From the NCBI GenBank assembly GCA_001002285.1, contig LCLX01000003.1:76915-140914 (forward strand): a DNA stretch of 64,000 nucleotides, read 5' to 3'. The notes under the pieces were generated by a model. The model was given only the letters and a program-made list of their open reading frames with translations, had not been told where the DNA came from and made no database searches. Positions 47,579 through 58,207 of the stretch are shown one piece after another. Source of the stretch: Microgenomates group bacterium GW2011_GWC1_46_15. Lineage in GTDB: Bacteria; Patescibacteriota; Microgenomatia; UBA1400; UBA12028. Position 1 is the stretch's first letter. Every line of letters starts with the position of its first letter. Made by a program: the position numbers and the translations under genes.

Positions 47579-48146
47579 GTGATTTTGAGTATGTGTCTAT
47601 GACTACATCGTAGAGTGCGGGGTCCCAAAAATCAATCGGGCTCTCCTTTTTCATCTTACCGGTATCAACCACCCATTTTCCCCATTCTTCCGCGTATATG
47701 CGCCGCCATTTTCCCAGATTTTTTTCTGTTCTTTCTTGAATATGTTTTTTCGCCTCTTTAATGCTGATGTTGTCTCTGTTCACAATGCGGTCAACACGAA
47801 CCGCAGGATCACTACACAGAAGTAATACTTTGAGAACACCGGGCACACCTTGCGCGAAAAAACTCGAGAGCCAAGACTCTAGTATCCAATGTTTTTCTTG
47901 TTGAAGTTTTGTCCGCATCCCAAAATCTACTTCGCGGTCAAACTCTTCACTATATACTGTCGCATCGTGGTGAAACGTATTATTTTTTGCGTCAAACAAT
48001 CCTTTTTCTGCCGCGTACGCGCGCATAAAATCACCACCAGAGAATCCTTTCCACCCTTTAAGATGTTCGCGTAGGAGTTTGAGAAGCGTTGTCGATCCAC
48101 ACCCAGGTAAACCGGAAATTGTAATATTGTGGTATGCGGCGCCCAT
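47532..48146 (-). CDS. P-loop nucleoside/nucleotide kinase-like protein (cytidylate/adenylate kinase superfamily)
   Basis: Walker A ISGLPGCGSTTLLKLL. About 200 aa. A bona fide cmk is encoded elsewhere in the window. Confidence 0.5.
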   Translation of the reverse strand: MGAAYHNITISGLPGCGSTTLLKLLREHLKGWKGFSGGDFMRAYAAEKGLFDAKNNTFHHDATVYSEEFDREVDFGMRTKLQQEKHWILESWLSSFFAQGVPGVLKVLLLCSDPAVRVDRIVNRDNISIKEAKKHIQERTEKNLGKWRRIYAEEWGKWVVDTGKMKKESPIDFWDPALYDVVIDTYSKSREETLNAVLQALKKT

Positions 48147-48185
48147 ATATCGCTCCTCCTCGAAATATCGTAGAATAGGATAGCA

Positions 48186-50558
48186 TTGTACTACGCGGAA
48201 AAACTCTCTTCTATGGACAAAATATTGATCGCGACGCGTCTCCGCAAAAAAATCCGCCCCATTGTTGCCCGTTTTCGAAAAATCATGCGGGGAAAGTATC
48301 GTATACACATTTTAGTTGGTTTTACCTTTATTGTTATTGCGCTTATTGGCGCCATCGTGTTCCGCGACCTCCCTTCTCCAACAAAACTCAAAAATAATCA
48401 GATATTTTCGATTAGTTCAAAAATATATGATCGCAACGGCGCGCTACTGTATGAGATTTACGAGGATAAAAACAGAACGCCGATTGTATTGAAAGATCTT
48501 CCACCGTATGTATACCAGGCTTCTATTGCAATTGAAGACCAGAATTTTTACAAACACATCGGGTTTGACGTATGGGGTATGTTCCGCGCCGCGCTCAACA
48601 CCGTATTCCGGCAAAAACTACAAGGTGGTTCAACGATTACACAACAGTTAGTTAAAACAACGCTATTAGACCGCCAAAGAACACTTACGCGGAAGGCAAA
48701 AGAGGCGGTTCTTACGGTTGCAAGTGAAGTCATTTACTCAAAACAAGACATTTTGGAAATGTATATGAATAATATTCCATACGGTGGCACCGCGTGGGGT
48801 ATTGAAGCGGCAGCACACACCTACTTTGATACAGACGCGCGCAACCTTTCGCTCGCCCAAGCAGCGTTGCTCGCCGGCTTGCCACAGTCACCCACCAGAT
48901 ACTCGCCGTTTGGAACAAATCCGCAGCTCGCAAAAGACCGCCAGCTTCAAGTCCTCCGCCGCATGGCAGAAGACAAATATATTACACAAGAACAAGCAGA
49001 TAAAGCGGGACAGGAGCCACTTGTGTATGCCATTTCAAAAACAAATATTAACGCTCCACACTTTGTCATGTATGTCCGCGATCAACTCGTGAATACGTAC
49101 GGTGAAACGGTGGTAGCGCGTGGTGGACTGCGGGTATATACAACGCTCGATCTTTCCTTGCACCAAGACGCGCAAGCTTCGCTTTCTGCCGAACTGACCA
49201 GATTGGACAAACGGAAATATAAAGTTGGAAACGGCGCGGCGCTCGTCACCTCTCCAAAGACCGGTGAAATTTTAGCAATGATTGGATCTCGCGATTTTTT
49301 TGATGCGACACACGACGGCCAAGTGAACATCACGTTGCGCGAACGCCAACCAGGAAGTTCAATTAAGCCGATTAATGTTGTAACTGGATTCCAGTTAAAA
49401 AAACTCACCCCCGGGACAATGATTCTTGATATTCCGACATGTTTTCTCGTGGGAGGCCAAGCGCAATACTGTCCAAAAAACTATGACGGAGTTGCGCACG
49501 GACCCGTACAAACGCGTTTCTTCCTTGGGAACTCATACAACATTCCTGAAATAAAGGTCATTTCCATGAACACGCTGGAAAGCGTTGTCGCAACCGCCTC
49601 TGCCATGGGCATCACAACATGGAAAGACCCGTCAAACTACGGGCTTTCTCTTGCGTTGGGCGGTGGTGAGGTGAAGATGGTGGACATGGCTGTGGCATTT
49701 GGAACGCTCGCGAACGAAGGAATAAAAGTTCCACTCCACTCTATTTTGAGGGTTGAGGATTTCCAAGGAAACGTGCTGGAACAGTACAAACCAGAAGAGA
49801 CCGTGGCGGTGGTTGATACCTTAACAGATCATCCTGATACCCCGAGTCTTGGAGAGGCGACCCGCGTTCTTGACCGGCAGCCAGCCTATCTTGTTTCGCA
49901 CATTTTATTGGATAACAGCGCGCGCGTTGGAGCGTTTGGTCCGTCTTCTGAACTGGTCATCCGCAACCAAGTTGTGAGCGCAAAAACTGGGACAACAAAC
50001 GATCTGCGGGATAACTGGACGATTGGGTACACGCCGGACTATGTGACAACGGTGTGGGTAGGAAATAATGACAACACACCAATGAACCAGGCACTTGTTT
50101 CTGGAATTACCGGTGCCGCACCAATCTGGAATGATATTATGTCGCGCGTGTTACGAGGGAAAAAACCAGTGTGGCCGGCACTTCCGCCAGACATTATAAG
50201 TAAAGAAATTTGTACCGTGTCCGGCCTTCTTCCTAACCCTGACGCGCAGTGTTCAACCCGTACCGAATTCTTTTGGAAAGGAACCGAGCCCACCACAATT
50301 GAAAATGTTTTCCGTGATACATGGATCGTTTCTACAACAGGTCTTCCACCAAAGGAGGGCGATCCCACAGATAATCTTGTCCTAGAGCGCCGCACACTTC
50401 TCTCCGATCCATTTACACATGATTTCTGCTTGGACTGCGTGCGACCAGTTGATGATAAAGGGAAAGTGGTGTATGAACAGCACATTGTTGATGTACAAAA
50501 ATACTATGCAGGATATGACGAACGACCCATCATTACCCCACCACCCAAACAACAATAA
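48186..50558 (+). CDS. Class A penicillin-binding protein (glycosyltransferase GT51 + transpeptidase)
   Basis: GT51 motifs EDQNFYKHIGFD, GGSTITQQL. Transpeptidase SSIKP, SAKTG(T). Confidence 0.85.
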   Translation: MYYAEKLSSMDKILIATRLRKKIRPIVARFRKIMRGKYRIHILVGFTFIVIALIGAIVFRDLPSPTKLKNNQIFSISSKIYDRNGALLYEIYEDKNRTPIVLKDLPPYVYQASIAIEDQNFYKHIGFDVWGMFRAALNTVFRQKLQGGSTITQQLVKTTLLDRQRTLTRKAKEAVLTVASEVIYSKQDILEMYMNNIPYGGTAWGIEAAAHTYFDTDARNLSLAQAALLAGLPQSPTRYSPFGTNPQLAKDRQLQVLRRMAEDKYITQEQADKAGQEPLVYAISKTNINAPHFVMYVRDQLVNTYGETVVARGGLRVYTTLDLSLHQDAQASLSAELTRLDKRKYKVGNGAALVTSPKTGEILAMIGSRDFFDATHDGQVNITLRERQPGSSIKPINVVTGFQLKKLTPGTMILDIPTCFLVGGQAQYCPKNYDGVAHGPVQTRFFLGNSYNIPEIKVISMNTLESVVATASAMGITTWKDPSNYGLSLALGGGEVKMVDMAVAFGTLANEGIKVPLHSILRVEDFQGNVLEQYKPEETVAVVDTLTDHPDTPSLGEATRVLDRQPAYLVSHILLDNSARVGAFGPSSELVIRNQVVSAKTGTTNDLRDNWTIGYTPDYVTTVWVGNNDNTPMNQALVSGITGAAPIWNDIMSRVLRGKKPVWPALPPDIISKEICTVSGLLPNPDAQCSTRTEFFWKGTEPTTIENVFRDTWIVSTTGLPPKEGDPTDNLVLERRTLLSDPFTHDFCLDCVRPVDDKGKVVYEQHIVDVQKYYAGYDERPIITPPPKQQ

Positions 50559-51753
50559 AAAAATTAGGATTCCAACATTGTTGGCTCTTTTTTTTATTGG
50601 CATTGGACTAGCGTTCGCAACATTTGCCGGAACACGCATATATACCCAATATATGACCGCAAAGATTTCCCCCATGGGGGTTTCGCAACAGACGCTCTCT
50701 CGCGCTCCATCCACGTTTTCTCAGCAGAAAAAAATTGTGTATGGTTTCCTCCCCTACTGGACAATAAAAACTGCACAAATTCCGCAAACATTGACGCACA
50801 TCGCATATTTTTCTTTGACCTTAGGAAAAAATGGATCATTTCTCACAAAACAAGATGGTGAGCTCGATCTCGGCTGGTATACATTCTCTTCCACCTCTCT
50901 CGAGGGTTTGCGGACGCTCATTAAAAATCAGCATCAAAAATTAGACGTGGTTATTACGATGATGGATGCCGATGAGATCTCTGCATTCCTTTCTGATGCA
51001 CGAGCACAACAAACAGCAATCACAAACATTAAAACGCTTATAAAAACACAACCCATTAACGGCATCAATATTGACATTGAGTACGCTGGAACTGTTACTC
51101 CTGGGTTACGGAAACAGTTCTCTTCATTTATGCAGTCTCTGTCACAAGAAATCAAACGACTCGACCCAACGATAGAACTTTCTGTTGACGTGTTCGCGGA
51201 TGCGGCAATCAAAGAAAGAATTTGGGATATCCCCGCACTCGCAAACTCAGTGAACTATATCGTGGTAATGGCATATGACTTTTTTCGCAGTTCATCCATC
51301 CAATCCGGGCCTGTTGCCCCTCTTTTTGGCAGCGAGAAAAACCGGTGGGACACTGATATCGCGCAGAATCTCAAAGCATATCTTGATCTCGTTCCTCCAG
51401 AACGCATTTTACTTGGCATTCCTTTTTATGGATACGAGTGGCAAACAACCTCAAGTGATCCGGGCGCGCTTACATATCCAAAAAGTGGTGGGCTCGCGAC
51501 ATACAAGCGCGTGCGCAAGTTGATTGATGATCTTGGACTCCGCGAGCAGTGGGACTCCGATGCGTTTTCTCCATATCTTTCGTATGAGGAGAATGGAAAA
51601 ACACAAATGATTTATTATGAAAACTCGCGGTCGCTCTCGTACAAACTCGATTTAGTAAATCAGGCTGAGTTTGGTGGTATCGCAATTTGGGCATTGGGAT
51701 ATGATGGTGAAAATCCGGAGTTGTGGACGGTGATTCAGCAGAAATTTAAGTAG
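50506..51753 (+). CDS. Glycoside hydrolase family 18-like protein (chitinase/YaaH-like fold), secreted
   Basis: GH18 catalytic-motif variant NGINIDIEY (DGxDxDxE-like; D-I-E retained). TM/signal at the N-terminus. Confidence 0.55.
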   Translation: MQDMTNDPSLPHHPNNNKKIRIPTLLALFFIGIGLAFATFAGTRIYTQYMTAKISPMGVSQQTLSRAPSTFSQQKKIVYGFLPYWTIKTAQIPQTLTHIAYFSLTLGKNGSFLTKQDGELDLGWYTFSSTSLEGLRTLIKNQHQKLDVVITMMDADEISAFLSDARAQQTAITNIKTLIKTQPINGINIDIEYAGTVTPGLRKQFSSFMQSLSQEIKRLDPTIELSVDVFADAAIKERIWDIPALANSVNYIVVMAYDFFRSSSIQSGPVAPLFGSEKNRWDTDIAQNLKAYLDLVPPERILLGIPFYGYEWQTTSSDPGALTYPKSGGLATYKRVRKLIDDLGLREQWDSDAFSPYLSYEENGKTQMIYYENSRSLSYKLDLVNQAEFGGIAIWALGYDGENPELWTVIQQKFK

Positions 51754-51864
51754 GCGCGTCCGCATAGAGAGTGAAGTTTTTCTTTCAATCTGGCTAACTC
51801 AAAATATTCCTGATACAATCGCGCAAATTGCATAACTTCTAAAAAGGTTTAAAAAGACAAACTC

Positions 51865-54255
51865 ATGAGAAAAAAACCAAATCAATCATTCAATACTAGA
51901 GCTTTTTTCTTTTCTCTTCTCCGCTTTCCGTTGAGCATCCTCGTATTTTTTGGCCGACCCTTTTACTATGCATGTACATTTCTCCTGCTCTATATCTATG
52001 CGTTTAGCATCATTTCTGTTCCCACATTATGGGAGCAATTGAAACAAAAAATTCCCAAAAAGGGAAAAGTTCCGCGGAAACCCCCTGAGCTCGTTTTGCG
52101 CTTTCCCTCGCTTTCTCCATCCGCGTTACTGCGTGGAACACCCACCGTCATGTACTCTGGTATTGCGGCGATTTTTATGCTTACCGCGCTCACCACATTT
52201 TCATATTTTTATATTTTCAAAGACTTACCTTCTCCAAAAGAACTCATCACGCGCAAACAAATTCTCACAACAAAAATATATGACCGTAATCACGTGGTGT
52301 TGTACAAAATGTTTAAAGACGAAAACCGTACACTTGTTCCGCTTTCTACTGTTCCCATTCCACTTCAGCAGGCAACTATCGCAATTGAGGATAAAGATTT
52401 TTACGCGCATGGGGGGTTTTCTCTTCGCGGTATCGCGCGGGCAATGGTGGCGAATATTCAAGGGAAAAAAATTGAAGGCGGTTCAACAATTACACAACAA
52501 CTCATTAAAAATACTCTGCTTACACCAGAAAAAACATTACGGAGAAAAATCCGCGAAGTCATTCTTTCTGTGATGGTTGAAGCAATGGTTAACAAAGAAA
52601 AGATTTTGGAAATGTATTTTAACGAAGTATCGTATGGTGGATCAGTCTATGGCGTAGAAGAAGCGAGCCGCCGGTACTTTGATAAAAGCGTCCGCGATCT
52701 TTCGTTAGCAGAAAGCGCGTACCTCGCGGGGCTTCCTCAAGCACCAAGCGCGTTTTCTCCGTTTGGGCCAACGCCAGAGCTTGGGTTTACACGCCAACAA
52801 CAAGTGCTTCAACGCATGGTTGAAGACGGATACATTACGCAAGAACACGCTACAAAAGCAAGTGAAGAAAAGTTGGTGTTCCGCGCGGATATTAATGATA
52901 TTAAAGCGCCACACTTTGTGATGTATGTGCGCGATCTTCTTGCAAAACAGTTTGGCGAAGACACTGTTTCTCAAGGTGGCTTAGAAGTCGTCACAACATT
53001 GGATTACGGGGTTCAGCAAGCAGCGGAAAAGGCAGTAGATCAAGAGATGGCACGTGTGCAAAGATTCCACATTACGAATGGCGCAACGCTCGTGACAAAT
53101 CCAAAAGACGGGGAAATTCTTGCTATGGTGGGAAGCCGCAACTACTTCGATATCGCGCGTGACGGTCAAGTGAACGTCACAATCCGGCCAAGACAACCAG
53201 GAAGTTCGATCAAGCCGCTCACCTACGCCACCGCGTTTGAGCACGGCTTTACTCCATCAACAATTTTGGATGACTCTCCTGTGACATACACCACGATTGG
53301 TTCACCTCCATACTCGCCAAAAAATTACGACGGAGCGTTCCATGGAAAAGTCCCCGTGCGCATTGCGCTTGCGAGTTCATACAACATTCCAGCGGTCAAA
53401 ACGCTTGCGACGATCGGTATTAAAACAGTGGTGGAAAAAGCGCGGGAGATGGGAATTACGACTTGGGAAGATCAGCGCGCGTCACAGTTTGGTTTATCGC
53501 TCACACTTGGCGGAGGAGAGGTCAAGATGACCGATATGGCAATGTTGTATGGGACGTTTGCAAACAACGGAATGTCTGTTCCACTCAATCCATTTTTGCT
53601 GATTAAAAACGCGAAGGGCGAGGTATTGTACAAGAATCCCTGCCCAGCCGATCCACAAACCAACCCATGCGGTGGCAAACGCTCGTTAGATCCCCGTATT
53701 GCGTACCAAATCACAAACATTTTGGCGGATAACGCGGCGCGTGCGCCGGCATTTGGCATGAACTCCGTCCTTACTATCCAAAAACAGCAAGTCGCGGTAA
53801 AAACCGGCACAACAAACAGCATGCGGGATAACTGGACACTCGGGTACACAACAAACAGGCTCGTGGCAGTATGGGTTGGGAACAACGACAACTCTCCAAT
53901 GAGTTATGTTGCCTCAGGAATCACTGGAGCATCGCCGATTTGGAACGCGGTCATGCGTAGCCTTCTTGATGAAACGCGTCCACACACATTTGGATCTGCT
54001 CCCGATGGGTTAATAAAAAAGCGTATCTGCGTTCCCACGGGCACCCTATCGTGTCAGGCGTGTCCTGTTCAGCGTGATGACTACTTTATTCTCGGAACAG
54101 AGCCAAAAACTGCATGCAAAAATGAGACGTTTGCACCACCAGAACAACCTCCCGCTGATGGTACACAGAATCAAACACCGCCCACTCCACAACCACGGAA
54201 TATTCAACCACTCCCAAGAAATACTATTCTCGACGGGGCAACAACAGGCCAATAG
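51865..54255 (+). CDS. Class A penicillin-binding protein (second paralog)
   Basis: EDKDFYAHGGF, GGSTITQQL (GT51). SSIKP, VKTGTT (transpeptidase). Pro/Gln-rich C-terminal tail. Confidence 0.85.
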   Translation: MRKKPNQSFNTRAFFFSLLRFPLSILVFFGRPFYYACTFLLLYIYAFSIISVPTLWEQLKQKIPKKGKVPRKPPELVLRFPSLSPSALLRGTPTVMYSGIAAIFMLTALTTFSYFYIFKDLPSPKELITRKQILTTKIYDRNHVVLYKMFKDENRTLVPLSTVPIPLQQATIAIEDKDFYAHGGFSLRGIARAMVANIQGKKIEGGSTITQQLIKNTLLTPEKTLRRKIREVILSVMVEAMVNKEKILEMYFNEVSYGGSVYGVEEASRRYFDKSVRDLSLAESAYLAGLPQAPSAFSPFGPTPELGFTRQQQVLQRMVEDGYITQEHATKASEEKLVFRADINDIKAPHFVMYVRDLLAKQFGEDTVSQGGLEVVTTLDYGVQQAAEKAVDQEMARVQRFHITNGATLVTNPKDGEILAMVGSRNYFDIARDGQVNVTIRPRQPGSSIKPLTYATAFEHGFTPSTILDDSPVTYTTIGSPPYSPKNYDGAFHGKVPVRIALASSYNIPAVKTLATIGIKTVVEKAREMGITTWEDQRASQFGLSLTLGGGEVKMTDMAMLYGTFANNGMSVPLNPFLLIKNAKGEVLYKNPCPADPQTNPCGGKRSLDPRIAYQITNILADNAARAPAFGMNSVLTIQKQQVAVKTGTTNSMRDNWTLGYTTNRLVAVWVGNNDNSPMSYVASGITGASPIWNAVMRSLLDETRPHTFGSAPDGLIKKRICVPTGTLSCQACPVQRDDYFILGTEPKTACKNETFAPPEQPPADGTQNQTPPTPQPRNIQPLPRNTILDGATTGQ

Positions 54256-54278
54256 AAATGTGCGTTAGTTGGTTTTAT

Positions 54279-54445
54279 TAGTTTGTTTGCAAGCTCCAAA
54301 AGTAGTACGAAAACAGTACACTCAGAAAAAATAGCGCAAACACGACCCACTGGCCGCGTTTCGCGCGTTCTTCATCACGCACAATAATCTTGCGTGGATT
54401 TTGCTTTGTTTTTTCCTTTTCATTCTTTATTTCTTTTTTTGCCAT
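54279..54445 (-). CDS. Putative small membrane protein (55 aa; not in ORF track)
   Basis: MAKKEIKNEKEKTKQNPRKIIVRDEERAKRGQWVVFALFFLSVLFSYYFWSL. Lys-rich N-terminus then one TM. Below the 60 aa ORF cut-off. Confidence 0.25.
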
Positions 54446-54463
54446 ATATGTAACCTTACTTAT

Positions 54464-55159
54464 TTAGCTTTGTTGAAGCGTCTTTACCCGCTTTTCTATT
54501 ATATCCACAACTTCATCAATGGTCAGCGGACTCGTGTCCAATACCCAAGCGCCCTCTACAATATGCAGTGGATCAACATCACGGTGCATGTCTCGGTTAT
54601 CGCGTTCCTGAATATCGCGCAGAACATCTTTGTATGATGTATCCGTCCCGCGGGTGAGGAGTTCCGAGTGTCTCCGTTTTGCACGTACCTCAAGTGTCGC
54701 GTCCAGATAAATTTTTAACTGGGCTTCGGGAAGAACGCGAAACGTAATATCTCTCCCCTCCATCACCACGTCTGTTGTTCTCGCGATGTTCCTTTGTTGT
54801 TCAACCAATACTTTACGAACATGTTGAAACTGCGACACAATAGACGATCCCCTACTCATCTCTTCTGTGCGGATTGCCCAAGAAACGTCTTCTCCATCTA
54901 ATAATACGGTGATTTGGCGGCCATCTTTTTCATTTTCTAATGGATTACGCAACGTGATCGTGTGTTTTCCAAGCATTTCGACGAGTTTTGCTTCGTCATT
55001 CCAGTCAACGCCCTGCTGTTTTGCCAATAACGCCGTTGTGCGGTACATCGCGCCAGTATCAACATAGAGAAAACCAAGTCTTGAGGCGAGAAGACGCGCC
55101 ACCGTGCCTTTTCCGGCCGCAACGGGACCATCAATTGCTATCTGCAGTGGCATATCCAC
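54464..55159 (-). CDS. cmk: Cytidylate kinase
   Basis: IAIDGPVAAGKGTVARLLASRLGFLYVDTGAMYR, canonical Cmk N-terminus. Confidence 0.9.
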   Translation of the reverse strand: MDMPLQIAIDGPVAAGKGTVARLLASRLGFLYVDTGAMYRTTALLAKQQGVDWNDEAKLVEMLGKHTITLRNPLENEKDGRQITVLLDGEDVSWAIRTEEMSRGSSIVSQFQHVRKVLVEQQRNIARTTDVVMEGRDITFRVLPEAQLKIYLDATLEVRAKRRHSELLTRGTDTSYKDVLRDIQERDNRDMHRDVDPLHIVEGAWVLDTSPLTIDEVVDIIEKRVKTLQQS

Positions 55160-55170
55160 CCCTCATTCAT

Positions 55171-55395
55171 TTATCTGCGTCTTTTTGAAGACTTCTTCGA
55201 TGGTGTGCTACCCATCCGGCAATTCTCACAGCTTCCGGAAAGTCCAACGAGTCCGATAACCACAAGCACAACTGGCCAGAACTTCCACAACCCCGCTGGG
55301 AGTACGCCAATGTTGACCATCATAACTAAAACACCGACAAAAATAAGTGTCAGTGGCCAAAACAATGTACTATTGTACCCGCAATTTCCACACAT
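55171..55395 (-). CDS. Small membrane protein flanked by two CxxC motifs
   Basis: CGNC...two TM...CENC, then a basic tail. Confidence 0.3.
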   Translation of the reverse strand: MCGNCGYNSTLFWPLTLIFVGVLVMMVNIGVLPAGLWKFWPVVLVVIGLVGLSGSCENCRMGSTPSKKSSKRRR

Positions 55396-55446
55396 AATTC
55401 CTCCTTTTACCTTCGCGTCTGCGAATGGACAGTATTTGTATATTCA

Positions 55447-56406
55447 CTATAGCAAGGGTGGGGTGGGATTCGCAAGATCAATAGAGGAGAGCAGTCCCTT
55501 TTTCGCCCCCATCTGTTGAACCACCGCGGCCGCTTCTTCCTTCCCCATCTCAATTGCTTCAACCAATGTTTTTTCTTTTAACAAGCCTGCGATACATCCA
55601 CTCGCGAACGCATCACCCGCACCAGTTTCCTGCACAACTTTGACCTCTTTTGCAGAATACTCAGAACATTTTCCATCAACACAGTACTTCCCGCCGTTTT
55701 TTCCGTCCGTCACAATGCTTATGTGCGGGCCAACAATACACCATTCAGACTTCCAGTCGCTTTCCTGCGTTAAATCTTTTCCTAACACCATGCCTGCTTC
55801 TTTCCGATTGATGAATAACACGCGGACAGCCGACAAATCTGGTTTGAGCTCACCACTCTTTATGCGTTCCAACTCCCAGTTTCCCGGGTTCCAACTCAAG
55901 GGCACTTGGTGTTCTTTACACCATGTTAGCGTGTTCGTCATAAGTTCAGCGTTTCCAACCGAAGACAAATGAATCCACTTGGTTTGTAACGTATCCCACC
56001 TCACATCAGTACCCTCAAGCATGCGGGAAGCACCGCGGTACACTAGGGCGGTGCGCGCACCATCCTGCGAAATAAGTAAGGCAGAAATCGCGGTATGTTC
56101 CCCTGAAACTTTTACTACCTGCGAAACATCTACTTTGGCGTCTGTTAAGTCCTTCATGACAGTCTGACCCGCAACATCGTCACCAATTTCAGTAATGCAC
56201 GATGATGAAAAACCCAGTTTAGCCAACGCAACCGCGACATTTGTTGCCGCCCCACCACTGGAAATCTCGGCGTGTTCGACATCAAGTTTTTCGTTGTACA
56301 CCTCACACAACGCGGTTGAACCATCTTTTTCAATCAACTTAAATTGAGAAGATTGAAAGAAAATATCGAGTGTTGCTCCGCCAATTGTTACGATATCAAA
56401 CATCAT
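55447..56406 (-). CDS. PfkB-family carbohydrate kinase (ribokinase-like)
   Basis: C-terminal TGAGDAFASG signature. N-terminal GG motif (ISSGGAATNVAVA). Confidence 0.8.
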   Translation of the reverse strand: MMFDIVTIGGATLDIFFQSSQFKLIEKDGSTALCEVYNEKLDVEHAEISSGGAATNVAVALAKLGFSSSCITEIGDDVAGQTVMKDLTDAKVDVSQVVKVSGEHTAISALLISQDGARTALVYRGASRMLEGTDVRWDTLQTKWIHLSSVGNAELMTNTLTWCKEHQVPLSWNPGNWELERIKSGELKPDLSAVRVLFINRKEAGMVLGKDLTQESDWKSEWCIVGPHISIVTDGKNGGKYCVDGKCSEYSAKEVKVVQETGAGDAFASGCIAGLLKEKTLVEAIEMGKEEAAAVVQQMGAKKGLLSSIDLANPTPPLL

Positions 56407-56427
56407 TTCCCTTCATTTTCACTTTTC

Positions 56428-57084
56428 TTATGTTGCGCTGTTGTGATTCATCGCAGAAAATTCCGCATCAAACATCCTAAACGCATCCACCACTTCCTGC
56501 GGCGTGGTCGCGATGCGGAACACGTCTTTTTCGTTCCCACGCATCATCATGTTTTCCGTAATAACATCAACAATCTTGTGCCAAAATGCCCCGTACAGCA
56601 CAAACGGCTTGTGGTGGCCATAATAGAGCCGCGCCATGACCCATGCCGTTCCGAGTTCCGAAATTGTTCCCGTACCACCGTTAAAAATAACGTACGCGTC
56701 TCCGTGTTCCATCAGCTTAAACATACGTTCGATGTAGTTTTGCGTAATGATTTCTGTACCCGCGATGTTCCCAACATACCGCCCCTCAAAACCCGGGGCA
56801 TCTTGTGGGTAAAACGTCACCGCGATTGTTTCTCCACGCACCGCTTGCGCGCCTTTTGTCGCGGCGTCCATCACGCCTGGTCCACCGCCGTCCACAATCG
56901 TCATACCTTGGCTCGCTAAAACTTTTGCAACCTCAAACGCCTCTTTATATAGTGGTGAGTCTGGTTTGGCATCTGCGAATCCAAAAAATGCGACGTTATG
57001 GATTTTTTTCATGAGCTGGTAGTGTTCTTCGCGCGAGTTCTCCGCGCGATCGTGTAGGACGTGGACTGATTTTGTTGGTTTCAT
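56428..57084 (-). CDS. LOG-family protein (TIGR00730 Rossmann fold; cytokinin riboside 5'-monophosphate phosphoribohydrolase-like)
   Basis: VDGGGPGVMDA and GGTGTISELG motifs. Confidence 0.7.
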   Translation of the reverse strand: MKPTKSVHVLHDRAENSREEHYQLMKKIHNVAFFGFADAKPDSPLYKEAFEVAKVLASQGMTIVDGGGPGVMDAATKGAQAVRGETIAVTFYPQDAPGFEGRYVGNIAGTEIITQNYIERMFKLMEHGDAYVIFNGGTGTISELGTAWVMARLYYGHHKPFVLYGAFWHKIVDVITENMMMRGNEKDVFRIATTPQEVVDAFRMFDAEFSAMNHNSAT

Positions 57085-57102
57085 ATGTTTTCCTCTATGT
57101 TT

Positions 57103-57762
57103 CTACGATAGCACAGTCAGCTGATGAAGTGCTTCATATATATCTTGTGCTTTCCACAAAAAACTGCCGACGGCAAGCGACTCTGCCCCAGCTTTTTTGC
57201 ACAAAAGCGCGGTTTCCGGACGAATTCCACCATCAACGCTGATTTCAAACGACAAACTTTCTGCAATTTTTTTCTGTTTGGCATGTTGAATTTTTTCCAA
57301 CGCACTTTCTTCAAATTTTTCTCCTTGAAATCCCGCGTGAATTGTCATAATTTGCAGAACGTCAATATTTTTCCAGCTTTCTGTATCAACCGCAACAAGC
57401 GGTGTATACAGATCGAGTGAGAGACCAACGCGCCACCCAAAACTTTTAACGTGCTCGATAAACGCCGCTTGTGAAGACATACGCTCAACTTGCGCAATCA
57501 CTGTCCGCATACCCCGCAACTCTTGGCACTCCACAACATCGTTGATTGGATCAACCGTTTGCAAATGGACATCAATGGACAACCCTTTCCAGTCCAGTGT
57601 CTGGGCGTCAACCGGAGTACATGTGATGTTATCAACAAACTCGCCATCCATAATATCAAGCTGAATCACGGAAACTTCTCCTGCAACAAGATTAATTTGG
57701 TGTTGGGCGAGTTTGAGCGAGTCGGTCAAAATTGTCGGGTAAATATTCATGTTATACATCAA
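57103..57762 (-). CDS. rpe: Ribulose-phosphate 3-epimerase
   Basis: Collinear Rpe motifs: PTILTDS, QLDIMDGEFVDNITCTP, DVHL, MTIHAGFQGE, SVDGGI. Confidence 0.7.
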   Translation of the reverse strand: MMYNMNIYPTILTDSLKLAQHQINLVAGEVSVIQLDIMDGEFVDNITCTPVDAQTLDWKGLSIDVHLQTVDPINDVVECQELRGMRTVIAQVERMSSQAAFIEHVKSFGWRVGLSLDLYTPLVAVDTESWKNIDVLQIMTIHAGFQGEKFEESALEKIQHAKQKKIAESLSFEISVDGGIRPETALLCKKAGAESLAVGSFLWKAQDIYEALHQLTVLS

Positions 57763-58198
57763 GCATCGCTATCCTGTGCACATGGCGCTCTTCTCCAGAA
57801 AATGGTGTTTCGAGAAATGTTTTGATGATTGTTTTTGCCTGATTCTCGTTGAGCCAATCCGCGGCAAGTGAAAGGATATTTGCGTTGTTTTTTTTGCGCG
57901 CGAGAAGCGCGGACTCAACCGTTGTGCAGTCAACCGCGCGGACTCCTTTCAACCGATTCGCCGCTATCGCCATGCCTCCACCGCTCCGGCAAAACAGCAC
58001 CGCTTTTCCATCAGGATCAGCGAGTACTTTTTTTGCTGCGGAAGTAGCAAAGGCTGGATAGTCATCTCCTGGATCCAGCGTTAACGCGCCAACGTCTTCG
58101 TATGGGACTCCCCACTCACCAAGCCATAACTTTGCTTTTTCTTTAAGTGCAAAACCGCCGTGATCAGCTCCTAGGAATACCATAAGTACATGCTCCAT
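57752..58198 (-). CDS. rpiB: Ribose-5-phosphate isomerase B
   Basis: LGADHGGFALKEK N-terminus and catalytic CRSGGGMAIAANR block. Confidence 0.8.
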   Translation of the reverse strand: MEHVLMVFLGADHGGFALKEKAKLWLGEWGVPYEDVGALTLDPGDDYPAFATSAAKKVLADPDGKAVLFCRSGGGMAIAANRLKGVRAVDCTTVESALLARKKNNANILSLAADWLNENQAKTIIKTFLETPFSGEERHVHRIAMLDV

Positions 58199-58207
58199 TA
58201 TGCGTTT

